A stretch of DNA of 64,000 nucleotides from an uncultured Verrucomicrobiae bacterium (GTDB taxonomy: Bacteria > Verrucomicrobiota > Verrucomicrobiia > Palsa-1439), in assembly GCA_963812605.1 (NCBI GenBank), contig CAWEWF010000008.1:160001-224000 (forward strand), given 5' to 3'. The notes under the pieces were generated by a model, which searched no databases, was not told the DNA's origin, and saw only the letters and a list, made by a program, of their open reading frames with translations. The first letter of the stretch is position 1. The number at the start of each line of letters is the position of its first letter. Below, piece by piece: positions 19,776 through 29,441 of the stretch. The position numbers were made by a program, and so were the translations under genes.

Positions 19776-21518
19776 TCACGGCTTCTCAAAGAATTTCAGG
19801 GCAATTAGCGCTAGGCCGTTGTTCAGGATGTGGATGACGATGGGCAGGCCGAGCGAGTTGGCTTTCCAGCGTGCCCAACCCAGCAAGATGCCGAGACAGA
19901 AAATCGGAATGAAATACACCACCTGAAGATGCACCAGGGCAAAGAGGAACGAACTGCCCAGGTTGCCCCGAAAACGCGGAGCCGCTTTTCCAGGGCGCCA
20001 TAGATCAGGCCCCGAAACAGAATCTCTTCGACAATCGGCCCGACGATGACGATGGAAAGGAACGCGGCCAGTGGATTGGCATTCAACGCGTACTTGATGA
20101 GCGGAATGGCCTGTTGAATCGTCGCGGGCCAATGCAGCAAACGCTCGACCCCCTGCGCGCACCAGGATCCGAACCCCAACGTCAGGCCCAGTCCGAGGAA
20201 CGACACTGCCATAACCTTTACCGTTCCCAGCCGCAGGGGCCAGGAAAAGGGTTGACCCCAGGGCTGTCGTGCAAAGGCCCGCGCTGGCGGCGACAATCAC
20301 CGGGATCCCGGCCAGGGTAATCCCGAACAACAAGTTCTCGGATATTTTGATCCAGGACAGCAGCGCCAGGCAAAAGATCAGCGCGATTTGTCCCTGGAAG
20401 AACACGACCAGCCATCCCAGGGAGAATCCGAGACCGGGAAATGTGTCCGTGGAAATCTTGAAGCTGGAGCGCAAAAGAGCGGTCAACCCCATGAGGTAAG
20501 AGACCATGAGCGCACTGCCGCCAAGGGTAAAAACGATCGGATACAGCCGATAGGCCTTTTCGTATTGTGACGAGAGCAGATAACAACAGAATAGCGACCG
20601 TCGTATTGTTTGGTCATCGCCCTTGACTTCCGCGGCCTTCTCAAAAGTTGCCGCGGCTTCGTCAAATCGCCCGCTCCACAGCAGGCATACGCCGCGCCAC
20701 TCATAAGCTTGCATATCCTCCGGATCGATCTGGACCGCTTCCCGGAAAGCCCTGGCCGCTTCATCGTAACGATTGAGCGCCGCGAAGCTGCGGCCCAGCC
20801 AGTAATCGGCGTCACTATTGGCTGGCTGCAACAGAGCGCTTTTTTGAAGAGAATTGATTGCGGCCTGGTATTCCCTTTCGCGATAGTGGCTGATCCCCAA
20901 CCAGTAATGTGCCCGTGAATCCTGCGGATCCAGTGACAGTCCCTTTTCGAAACTTCTATCGGCTTCGCGATAGCGCCCGAGATTCTCCAGGCAATAACCC
21001 TGCGCGACATGGTAAATCGAATTGGTCGGATTGATGTTGATGGCCTGCCGACAAGCCTTCTCGGCCTCGCCATAACGTCTCAGTCGAGCCAGGGAATAAT
21101 AAAGCTCGTAATAGGCCCGGTCATTTCGGGGATTCAGCGAGATGTATTTTTGATAGGCGCCCGCGGCCTTCGTGTGGCTTCCCAACGATTCATAAACCTC
21201 GCCCAGGTAAAACCAGGTGTTTGTCCGCTGGGGTTCCAACTCCAGCGACTTCTCGTAGGCAACGCTGGCTTCCTGCCGCTGATTCAATCGCGCCAATGTG
21301 TATCCCCACCACGCGTAGGCCGAGGAATTCGTCGGCTCGGCCTCGGAAGCCAAACGAAACGAACTCTCCGCCGCGCTCCAGTTGTTGGAGGCCAATTCGG
21401 CGTGTCCGCGTTGGATCAGTTCGGCTGCCGAAAGCGCGCCGATCTCCTCGCCCAAGGCGCGCGTAGCGAGCAGCGCCAGCAAGAGAAGACTGGACCAACG
21501 GAAAAAGACCCTCGTCAT
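19776..21518 (-). CDS. TPR-repeat protein fused to a CPBP/Abi (CAAX-type) intramembrane metalloprotease (compensating frameshifts ~20285 and ~19965)
   Basis: Signal peptide, about 9 TPRs, TM helices; EEILFRG (in frame 19823..20296), FALVH and HILNN CPBP motifs. Confidence 0.8.
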   Translation of the reverse strand: MTRVFFRWSSLLLLALLATRALGEEIGALSAAELIQRGHAELASNNWSAAESSFRLASEAEPTNSSAYAWWGYTLARLNQRQEASVAYEKSLELEPQRTNTWFYLGEVYESLGSHTKAAGAYQKYISLNPRNDRAYYELYYSLARLRRYGEAEKACRQAININPTNSIYHVAQGYCLENLGRYREADRSFEKGLSLDPQDSRAHYWLGISHYREREYQAAINSLQKSALLQPANSDADYWLGRSFAALNRYDEAARAFREAVQIDPEDMQAYEWRGVCLLWSGRFDEAAATFEKAAEVKGDDQTIRRSLFCCYLLSSQYEKAYRLYPIVFTLGGSALMVSYLMGLTALLRSSFKISTDTFPGLGFSLGWLVVFFQGQIALIFCLALLSWIKISENLLFGITLAGIPVIVAASAGLCTTALGSTLFLAPAAGNGKGYGSVVPRTGPDVGVRILVRAGGRAFAALARDDSTGHSAHQVRVECQSTGRVPFHRHRRADCRRDSVSGPDLWRPGKAAPRFRGNLGSSFLFALVHLQVVYFIPIFCLGILLGWARWKANSLGLPIVIHILNNGLALIALKFFEKP

Positions 21519-21757
21519 GACCACGGAAAGTACACTCGTTCGAGCCGAATATATAGCCAGGGATTCATTGCGCGTCAGCATCCCAACCCCTCCGTCCAAA
21601 AAAACCTTTACACACCGCCGCCAGTGAGTACACTCACTAGTAACTGAAATAAACACGCGCGCGGGGCGCAACGCTGGAGTCGGCCCTCGACCTACCCGGA
21701 TTTCGAAGTTCGACTCAAGCAGTGCTCCCCGGCGAATATATTGATTAAGGAAGTTTT

Positions 21758-22774
21758 ATGTCCCAATCCAATCCGGACCGGCCGCTCATCGAGCAACTCA
21801 TCCAGCAACACGGCGGCTCCGACAATGCCGACCTTGTGGAAGACATCATTGAAACCGCACTGCGGCTCGCCGACGACAAGGCGGACCGTCTCGATGTGAA
21901 AGTCATCACTTCGGCGCTGAAGGAACTGCGTTACGCTTCGAAGATTTTTGCGCCGTTCCGCGGCCAGCGCAAGGTCACTGTGTTCGGCTCGGCGCGCACC
22001 CTGCCCGAGACCGCGGAGTACCAGCAGGCGGTCGCCTTCGGCAAGGCGATTGTTGACCATGGTTTCATGGTGATCACGGGTGGCGGGGAAGGCATCATGG
22101 GCGCCGCCCAGCACGGTGCGGGCCGCGACAAGAGCTTTGGCCTGAACATCCGCCTGCCCTTCGAGCAGGAACCGAACATCGATATCGCGGGCGACCGCAA
22201 GTTGATCAACTTCAAGTATTTTTTCACCCGCAAACTCTGTTTCATCAAGGAGAGCGACGCCATTGTGCTCTTCCCCGGTGGTTTCGGCACGCATGACGAA
22301 GGCTTCGAGGCGCTGACGCTGATGCAGACGGGCAAGAGCCAGCCCAAGCCACTCGTATTCGTCGATCGCCCGCGCGGCAACTACTGGAAAACCTGGTGGC
22401 GGTTCGTCGAGGACCAGCTTCTGGACGAGGCGCTGATCAGCAAGGAGGACCTCTCCCTCTTCAAGGTGACCGACGATGTGGAAGATGCCTGCAAAGAAAT
22501 CATGAATTTCTATAGCAACTACCACTCGTGCCGTTACGTGAAGGACGCCTTGGTGTTGCGCGTGAAATATCCGGTCACGGAAAATCTCCTGCGCACGCTC
22601 AATGCGCGTTTTTCCGGCATCTGTGTCAACGGAGGACAGTTCCGCGCGTCGGACCCGCTACCGGAAGAGGACAACGAGCCGGAGTTGAAGGGTTTGCACC
22701 GCATCGTCTTCCCGTTCAACCGCACAAACTTCGGCAGGCTCCGGTCCTTGATCGACGTGGTAAACCATCACTGA
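21758..22774 (+). CDS. LOG-family (TIGR00730-like) nucleotide phosphoribohydrolase
   Basis: VTVFGSART, ITGGGEGIM, FFTRK and PGGFGTHDE motifs. Confidence 0.88.
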   Translation: MSQSNPDRPLIEQLIQQHGGSDNADLVEDIIETALRLADDKADRLDVKVITSALKELRYASKIFAPFRGQRKVTVFGSARTLPETAEYQQAVAFGKAIVDHGFMVITGGGEGIMGAAQHGAGRDKSFGLNIRLPFEQEPNIDIAGDRKLINFKYFFTRKLCFIKESDAIVLFPGGFGTHDEGFEALTLMQTGKSQPKPLVFVDRPRGNYWKTWWRFVEDQLLDEALISKEDLSLFKVTDDVEDACKEIMNFYSNYHSCRYVKDALVLRVKYPVTENLLRTLNARFSGICVNGGQFRASDPLPEEDNEPELKGLHRIVFPFNRTNFGRLRSLIDVVNHH

Positions 22775-22792
22775 TAGGGCGCGCTTCGCCGA

Positions 22793-23542
22793 TTACGTGC
22801 GCTCTTGCAGGCTCTTTTGATTGGGCGGGATCAATTCGCTCTTGTCACGCCGCGGCTTGCCGGAAACGAGCCAGCCATCGTGAATGCGACGGAGTTCGCG
22901 CGGTGGCACGCGTAAAATGAAGAGGGCGGTCACCCACCAGTTGACCAGCGTGGTTCGCACCACCCCATTCGCGTTCCAACGCCGCGCGCTGGCGACCAAT
23001 CCTGAACGAATGAAGGTGAGCCGTCCCGCGCGCCGCAGCCGCCGGGCAAAAGCGATGTCTTCCATGATGGCGATCTCAGGGAATCCGCCGAGAGCTTCGA
23101 AGACCTGGCGCCATACGAAAATCCCCTGGTCGCCGTACGGCAAATGCAGCCACCGCGATCGACGGCTCGCCACCCGTGCCAGGAATTTGCAGAGGCGACG
23201 GCGGGAATCGATGTGCAGGTCAAACGCTCCGCCTACCGCCCCGTCACCGATGATGCGTCGCTGGATTTCATCCAGGGCCCCCGGCAGCAAAAACGTGTCC
23301 GTGTGCAGGAACAGGAGAATGTCGCCGGTGGCGTGGCGCGCCCCGGTGTTCATTTGGTGGGCGCGTCCCGGTACTGTGCGAAAAACGTACGGCGTGAAAT
23401 GTTGCGCAATCTCGACGGTGCGATCCGTCGAGCCGCCATCGACAACAATCAACTCGATATCCGGATGGTCAGCGAGCTGGCGCAAAGTAACCGGGAGGTT
23501 TACTTCTTCGTTCAGAGTCGGAATGATGACGCTAATGACCAT
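22793..23542 (-). CDS. GT2 glycosyltransferase (TIGR04283-like)
   Basis: ISVIIPTLNEE, VDGGSTDRT, GRAHQMNTGA, PYGDQG and MED motifs. Confidence 0.88.
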   Translation of the reverse strand: MVISVIIPTLNEEVNLPVTLRQLADHPDIELIVVDGGSTDRTVEIAQHFTPYVFRTVPGRAHQMNTGARHATGDILLFLHTDTFLLPGALDEIQRRIIGDGAVGGAFDLHIDSRRRLCKFLARVASRRSRWLHLPYGDQGIFVWRQVFEALGGFPEIAIMEDIAFARRLRRAGRLTFIRSGLVASARRWNANGVVRTTLVNWWVTALFILRVPPRELRRIHDGWLVSGKPRRDKSELIPPNQKSLQERT

Positions 23543-23683
23543 GACTCGCCTAATTGAGAATTTCTTTTAGCAGAGTTCGCCACAAAAATCCAATCCTAAA
23601 TCACTGCGGGCCTATGACCCGTGTATTCACTGGGTTTTGATGCCGAAGAGCCGCATTCTGATGCGCACAAAGTCGCCCCGAAA

Positions 23684-24379
23684 TCATCCGAGCGACGCGA
23701 GCACTTCACTGATACTGCCCCGAATACAGGTGAAAATCGGCGTGTCGCGCAGCGTGTACTTGCGCACCTCGTGTTCGCGCATTTCCATGACCAGATCGAT
23801 GAAATCCTGGGGCTTGTCCCCCTCGAACGCGACGACAAATTCCGGATCGTCGAGGCCAAAGCAGTAAATGGTATTGATCTTGATGCTCGGATACCGATGC
23901 CCGGTCTCGATGTGCACATTCATCATCCGCTGGCGTTCTTCCTTGGAAAGCAGGTACCACTCGCTGGTTTTCCAGAAGGGATAGATGAAGATGTACTTGT
24001 TTTGTCCCGGCACGACCCGCCCGCGCCGGCCCTCGCTGCCTTCATGTTCGTGGTGGTCAACATACATCGAGCGCTTGGTCATGCCCAGATAGCTGTAGGG
24101 CGTGTGGCACCATTTGCCGAGGCTGGTATTGAGCAGTTGCGTGCTCATCTCCGTGAAATCTTCCAGCCGCTCGCTGATGCGCCAGAGCATGAAATCCGTG
24201 TCCGCGCGCGTCCCGACGGTGGTGAACGGGATGATCAGGGCGCGACCTTTCCAGTCCTTCACCACGCCCTCGAATTCGCTCTTGCCGCCGTCGCGTTCCC
24301 CGCGCGGCAATCGCCGCCACGCGGGATCGGCCTTGAAGAACAGGTAGTTGACGTACTGCCGTTTGATCTCGTCGCCCAT
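23684..24379 (-). CDS. chdC: Chlorite dismutase-family protein, probably coproheme decarboxylase
   Basis: GTRADTDFMLW, YPFWKTSEWYLL..EERQRMM..H...G, GLDDPEFVVAFE and RDTPIF motifs. Confidence 0.75.
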   Translation of the reverse strand: MGDEIKRQYVNYLFFKADPAWRRLPRGERDGGKSEFEGVVKDWKGRALIIPFTTVGTRADTDFMLWRISERLEDFTEMSTQLLNTSLGKWCHTPYSYLGMTKRSMYVDHHEHEGSEGRRGRVVPGQNKYIFIYPFWKTSEWYLLSKEERQRMMNVHIETGHRYPSIKINTIYCFGLDDPEFVVAFEGDKPQDFIDLVMEMREHEVRKYTLRDTPIFTCIRGSISEVLASLG

Positions 24380-24418
24380 GGTTGTCCAGAACACATTTAA
24401 TGCTATACTGGCCCCGCG

Positions 24419-24808
24419 ATGCAACGGAAAACAGGTGTCCTCATTTTCACCCACGGCTCGCGGCTCAAGGAAGGCAACGAGATCATGGTCAAACTCGTCG
24501 ATCAGGTCCGCCAACAACTCGGCTACGACCTCATCGAGCCGTGTTTCATGGAACTCGGCAAACCACCCATCCCTGTCGCTATCCGCAAGCTCATCCGCCG
24601 CGGCGCCAACCACATTTTCGGTTACGCCTTCTTCCTCGTGCCCGGCTCGCACCTGCGCGAAGACATCCCGTTCATCTTCGAGCAAACGTTGAAGAAATTC
24701 CCCGGCGTCACCTACGAGATCAGCCCGCCCATGATGTCCGACCCCACCATGATCGACTTCGTCGCCAAACATGTGAAGAGCGCGCTGGGCGAATCACGCA
24801 GTAACTAA
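24419..24808 (+). CDS. Small CbiX/SirB-type tetrapyrrole chelatase
   Basis: HGSR and FFLVPGSHLREDIP motifs with both metal-binding His; 129 aa single-domain form. Confidence 0.82.
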   Translation: MQRKTGVLIFTHGSRLKEGNEIMVKLVDQVRQQLGYDLIEPCFMELGKPPIPVAIRKLIRRGANHIFGYAFFLVPGSHLREDIPFIFEQTLKKFPGVTYEISPPMMSDPTMIDFVAKHVKSALGESRSN

Positions 24809-24815
24809 AGGCCGA

Positions 24816-24866
24816 CTGGAGGGCCACGCGGAGCCTGTCCTGAGCAACGCCGAAGGATCGTGGCCG
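24816..24866. repeat. REP (TGGAGGGCCACGC...TCGTGGCCG) interrupted by a second palindromic element; empty IS110 target
   Basis: Same REP family as 51320-51343; its loop is replaced by GAGCCTGTCCTGAGCAACGCCGAAGGA. Confidence 0.65.
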
Positions 24867-24987
24867 CGTCATTCTCATGATGCCACCAAGCATCGGAAGT
24901 TGGACGAATGCTGCTATCTGTGCCGAATCAAGCATTGACCCCTTCATGAGGGCAAATTCCACTGCGAACGAGCCGGGCGACGGCATG

Positions 24988-25269
24988 TCAGGACCGGCGC
25001 GGCATCAGCGTCTTCCGCAGGCTGGCAAATAAAGCTTCCCGGGAAACAGTCCGCTTCGCCCGCACGCCTTCTTCGCCTTGTGAGATGAGTTTCAGCAGTC
25101 CAATGGCGTGCCGCATCTGCTCGTAGCTTTCCGGGTCTTGGAGCACCGCCCGCGCCTTGCCATTTTGCGTGATGATCACCGGGCGGTGTGTGGCGTTGAT
25201 TTGCGCCAACAAATCCGCCGCGCTGCCTTTCAGATAGGTCATTGGACGAATGTCTTCTTTAGCCTTCAA
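24988..25269 (-). CDS. Phd/YefM antitoxin (solo)
   Basis: EDIRPMTYLK..AADLLAQIN.THRPVIITQNGKARAVLQDPESYE; TTG start. Confidence 0.85.
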   Translation of the reverse strand: MKAKEDIRPMTYLKGSAADLLAQINATHRPVIITQNGKARAVLQDPESYEQMRHAIGLLKLISQGEEGVRAKRTVSREALFASLRKTLMPRRS

Positions 25270-25345
25270 AGTCGCGGTTCCTTGCGGTCTGAATACAGTA
25301 CTGAATTCAGACCGATATGCCAACTGGCGTGTTAACGGTTTCTTG

Positions 25346-25431
25346 GCCCGCCCATGATGTGCGACCCCACCACGATCGACTTCGTCGCCAAACATGTCGA
25401 CAGCGCGTTGGGCGAGACACGCCGCAATTAA
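25346..25431 (+). repeat. Displaced second copy of the cbiX 3' end
   Basis: 86-bp direct repeat of 24723-24808 with 75/86 identity, ending at the same in-frame TAA. Confidence 0.92.
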
Positions 25432-25437
25432 TCCGTC

Positions 25438-26662
25438 TTACTGCGTCCCAAGCCGGTTGAGTATGTCTCGCACACGATCGACCTCATCTGTACGACCGGC
25501 TGCTGAGAAGCCTGCAAGAGCCTCTCGATACACGGCGACTGCTTCGGCTCGCCTTTGTGGTTGATTCGTGAGTAGTTGCCCAAGATTATCCAAACAGAAT
25601 GGTTTTTCCTCCGCGGACGCAAGAACTAAAGACTTCTTGATTAGCTCTTCTGCTTCCTTCCAGTGGTTGGAATCGGCAGTCAGCATGGCTCCCAAAGAGT
25701 TATATGCCAACGCGTTGTTTGGTGTAAGACGTATGACTTCTCGGCAAGCTTCTTCTGCGTCGAGCAAATTACCTTCGTTGAACTGGTGTCTACCCTTGCC
25801 TTCTATCAAGAATTGCGCAAGTAGCTTTGAAGCCATCGGATCGGAAGGAGAGAGGCGAACCGCCTCTCGAAACTCTTTCTCGGCCTCGGTCAGTTTTCCC
25901 TGTAACCAGTAGAGCGAGCCCAAATTGCTGTGAATATCATGGAAGCCCGGGTTTATACGGAGAGCCTCTTGAAAACTCCTTTTCTGCTTCTCCCAGGCGA
26001 TCCATCTTCATCAAGAACAAACCGAGGGCGTTATGGGTTTTGGCTCTCTGGGGTTGAAGTCGCACCGCTACTCGATATTCTGCCTCTGCCTCTTTGAGCT
26101 TTCCCCGTTGAAACAGGATTTCAGCTAAAGTGGTATGGGGCATTGCCAGACCGGGGTCGAGCCGCATGGCTTCGCGAAGATGCACTTCAGATTCGTCCAA
26201 ACGACCCAATGCGAGAAGTGAGGCGGCGAAATCGTTTTGCAACTGGGCGATTGATGGATCCAAATCGACAGCTTTCCGCATCCACGGTTCGGCCTCCGCG
26301 GGACGCCCAAGAAAAAACAACGCCGCTCCTAATCCGCCTGCGGCATACGCAGATTTTGGCGCCAGCGCAACTGCCTTGCGGTACGCTCGCTCCTGCTCGT
26401 CGTACCGCCCAAGCACTTCCAACGCGGCGCCGAGATGCTCCCAGCTCCATGAGTCGTTCGGGGCCAATACGAGGCTGAGTCGTGCCATCCGCTCGGTGTT
26501 GGCCCAATCGCCCGCCTGTTCGTACGCGTAAGCCCTTAGACGGAAGCGGTAAGCGAGCCACTTCCGACCAGGTCCAAATGCTGCATACATCAACGCGAAG
26601 CAGGCAATTGCCGCGAGACTTATACAGGCGACACGCCTGCCCCTGTTTGTTCCTGTTTGCAT
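25438..26662 (-). CDS. TPR-repeat membrane-anchored protein (frameshift ~25950)
   Basis: N-terminal TM segment; TPR motifs continue from ORF 25937..26662 into 25438..25923; AT-richer than the flanks. Confidence 0.7.
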
Positions 26663-26904
26663 GGAACGACACGGGGTCTGGTGTATTCTTTGACCATAGT
26701 CACGTCCTCGCCGCTTGGCAACGGGGGAAGTGACGATGCTTCACTCAACAACAGGGAAGGGAGACTTTTTTGGACTGTTGACTCGGAGGCGGAGATAATT
26801 TGTCTTTGAGGCGTTGGAATGCTTGTTTTTCTCTTTCGTTCTAGCCGCAAAGCAGTATTTTGCAAGCGTGGTGTGAGTCTTTGTGAAAGCAAGTTGGTAG
26901 CCAT

Positions 26905-28137
26905 ATGAAGAAAAAAGTTGTTCTCGGATTCTCCGGGGGGTTGGACACCACATTTTGTGTCCTGGGGCTTCGCGACAATGGGTTTGAACCGGTCTGTGTC
27001 TGTCTGGATATCGGCCAAAGCGCCGATCTCGCCGAAGTGAACCGTTCTGCCAAGCTGCTGGGTGTAACCAATGTCAAAGTAATTGATGGCAAAGACAATT
27101 TCGCCAACATGTTCATCGCACCCGCTCTTAAAGCGAACGCCCTCTACCAAGGTGTCTATCCCCTAGCGACCGCGCTGAGCCGGCCTTACATAGCCAAAAT
27201 ACTCGTCGATGCTGCCCGAGAGGAGGGAACCAATTACATCGCCCATGGATCTACTGGCAAAGGAAATGACCAGGTCCGCATTGAAATGGGGGTTCGTGCC
27301 TTGCTTCCGAATGCTGAAATCGTTGACCCGATCCGGGACAACAGTTTGAGCCGGGATTACGAAATTGATTTCCTCCTGAAACAAGGGATCGATCTGGGTT
27401 ACACGCGGAAAAAACCCTACAGTGTCGATCAGAATATTTGGGGTAGAAGCATCTGTGCCGGCATTCTTGAAGATCTCCACGTTGCTCCGCCGGAAACGGT
27501 TTTTGAATGGACGAAATCGCCGGAAAACTGTCCCAATGAGCCGAGGACCGTTGAAATTGAATTTGACGGCGGGTTACCGGTTGCTCTGGATGGCGTACGG
27601 ACTTCGTTTATTGATCTCATTACTCAGTTGAACAAAATCGGCGGCGAACATGGCATTGGCCGTATCGACCATATTGAAGACCGCCTGGTAGGGCTCAAAT
27701 CGCGCGAGTTGTACGAAGCACCCGCCGCAATTATTTTGATCAAAGCGCACAAACTACTGGAGTCGCTCACATTGGCGAAATCTTCGCTCGATTTCAAACA
27801 AACCGTTGATGAGGAATACGCCCGGATGATTTACCTGGGCAACTGGTTCTCCCTGCATCACCTAGACCTTCTTGCGTACCTGCAGCAAAATCAGTCCATG
27901 GTGAGCGGAACGATCCAACTCAAATTGTACAAGGGGAATTGCACGGTAATAAGCCGGGAATCCACTAACTCTTTGTACAAGCCAAACCTGATCACTTACG
28001 GCGAAAAGAGCGAGTTTGATCAAAGGAATGGCGCTGCATTTTCCCGTATGCTCGGGATGGAAAGCTTTGTGCAAGCTTCCGTCCAGATTTCCAATATCGG
28101 GAACAAGATTGAACGGCTAATCGGCCCTGCGCCATAG
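26905..28137 (+). CDS. argG: Argininosuccinate synthase
   Basis: VVLGFSGGLDT, YPLATALSRP, HGSTGKGNDQVR, YSVDQNIWGRS and EDRLVGLKSRELYEAP motifs. Confidence 0.93.
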   Translation: MKKKVVLGFSGGLDTTFCVLGLRDNGFEPVCVCLDIGQSADLAEVNRSAKLLGVTNVKVIDGKDNFANMFIAPALKANALYQGVYPLATALSRPYIAKILVDAAREEGTNYIAHGSTGKGNDQVRIEMGVRALLPNAEIVDPIRDNSLSRDYEIDFLLKQGIDLGYTRKKPYSVDQNIWGRSICAGILEDLHVAPPETVFEWTKSPENCPNEPRTVEIEFDGGLPVALDGVRTSFIDLITQLNKIGGEHGIGRIDHIEDRLVGLKSRELYEAPAAIILIKAHKLLESLTLAKSSLDFKQTVDEEYARMIYLGNWFSLHHLDLLAYLQQNQSMVSGTIQLKLYKGNCTVISRESTNSLYKPNLITYGEKSEFDQRNGAAFSRMLGMESFVQASVQISNIGNKIERLIGPAP

Positions 28138-28244
28138 GAATCCGTAACACCTCGCGGCTATGGTTCCAGCCCGAATTCTCTTGAAGTCACGCGGGGTTCT
28201 GTTTACTTTGCCCGTGCGAGTTCTTTGAGTCGTTTATGTCTCAA

Positions 28245-28403
28245 CACGTCGGCGCAGGGAATGCCGTGAGATTCGGCAACAGTGGCGCTGCTGTAACTGG
28301 TTACGAAAGCCCAACCTCGAAAATATTCGGGGTGGACAGCCATCCAAACGGAGAAGGCGGGCGAGTAGGTCTGAGGCCAGAAGTCAGAATAACGGCCAAC
28401 GTG
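28245..28403 (+). promoter_or_regulatory. Cobalamin (B12) riboswitch
   Basis: P1 CACGTCGGC/GCCAACGTG; AGGGAA-TGCCG-TGAGATT-CGGCA; CGCTGCTGTAA; GCCATC...GAGAAGGC; B12 box AAGTCAGAATAACGGCC. A downstream TCCTT(28415)/AAGGA(28427) hairpin covers the RBS. Confidence 0.88.
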
Positions 28404-28439
28404 GCATCCAACAATCCTTCGAACCAAAGGAGTAGTGTC

Positions 28440-29441
28440 ATGTATCACCGCAGATTATTCGTCGCCGCCATTACCGGGGCCATCGCCACGGTGTCTTTCG
28501 TTTCTCAAACCTTCGCCGACTGGACGCAGTTTTCTCTGCCCAATCTCACCGACGCATTTTCCCCAACCGCAATCACTGTTTTGCCGGATGGGCAATACGT
28601 GTTCGCCAACGAGGGCACCTACTACCAACAGAACGCGTTTGGTCTTCCCAGTTATACCGCCTACAATAATGTCTCGCCGGGAGACAGTGCGGATCCCTCT
28701 TTCCTCGCTGTTTGGGACGGGACGCATGCCGTGGCCGGCGGCGGCGGGTTTGGAGCCAGTGATCTTTATCAGTTCAATCCGGCATCCTTGAGCGCGCCGA
28801 GTTTTACCGCGCAGGGTCTGTCCCTGCAGAACTTCTCGGGTGTCTTTCGCGATGCGAACAGCCTGTATGTCGGAGGCGGCAATGGCACGAACTCCACCCA
28901 CGCCATCAGCTACGTCAATCTCGCGACGGATACCACCAAGGTAATCATTGATGACATATCAACCTACAGTTGCGCCTTCGCGCAAGATTCTGCCGGCGAT
29001 CTTTACGTCGGTGATGAGGACAATCAGAAAGTTTATAAGTTTACGGCCGCCCAGTTGAACCTGGCGATTTCCGGCTCGCCGTTGTCCATTACCAACGGCA
29101 CCTTCGTCTATCAATCCATCAACTCGTTGGGCTCCATGGCCATTGATGGTCAGGGACGGATTTGGACGAGTGGTTACTTGGCGAACGGTCTGCAGGTATT
29201 CGACCCGGTATCCGACACGGAAACCACGGTGGTCCCCGGTTTGACGAATGCCAACTACATGGTCACCACGTTTTCCGTGAGTGGCCAAAATTATGTCGGT
29301 TACACAGACGAGGCCAATCCCTTCGAAGGGGGGACAGCCCAGTATTACGGATTTGAAGCCGTACCCGAGCCGGGGGCATTTGGCCTCACCGCCGCCGGCG
29401 TGATAGCGCTGGCGGTGTGTCGCCGCAAACAACGTCGTTGA
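28440..29441 (+). CDS. PEP-CTERM surface protein, probable beta-propeller
   Basis: Signal peptide; blade-like motifs (AQDSAGDLYVGD, MAIDGQGRIW); C-terminal VPEP-TM-RRKQRR. Confidence 0.85.
   Translation: MYHRRLFVAAITGAIATVSFVSQTFADWTQFSLPNLTDAFSPTAITVLPDGQYVFANEGTYYQQNAFGLPSYTAYNNVSPGDSADPSFLAVWDGTHAVAGGGGFGASDLYQFNPASLSAPSFTAQGLSLQNFSGVFRDANSLYVGGGNGTNSTHAISYVNLATDTTKVIIDDISTYSCAFAQDSAGDLYVGDEDNQKVYKFTAAQLNLAISGSPLSITNGTFVYQSINSLGSMAIDGQGRIWTSGYLANGLQVFDPVSDTETTVVPGLTNANYMVTTFSVSGQNYVGYTDEANPFEGGTAQYYGFEAVPEPGAFGLTAAGVIALAVCRRKQRR

Noticed and set aside
22793-23542. Arsenosugar biosynthesis cluster
   Set aside because: Only the TIGR04283-like glycosyltransferase is present; no arsS/arsM or partner genes are adjacent.
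23684-24772. 362-aa version of the chlorite dismutase-family ORF, and a true chlorite dismutase function
   Set aside because: The upstream extension is antisense to cbiX and the real start is 24379; there is no signal peptide or perchlorate-reduction context.
28236-28439. N-terminal 68 codons of ORF 28236..29441
   Set aside because: They overlap the riboswitch; the RBS and signal peptide point to ATG 28440.
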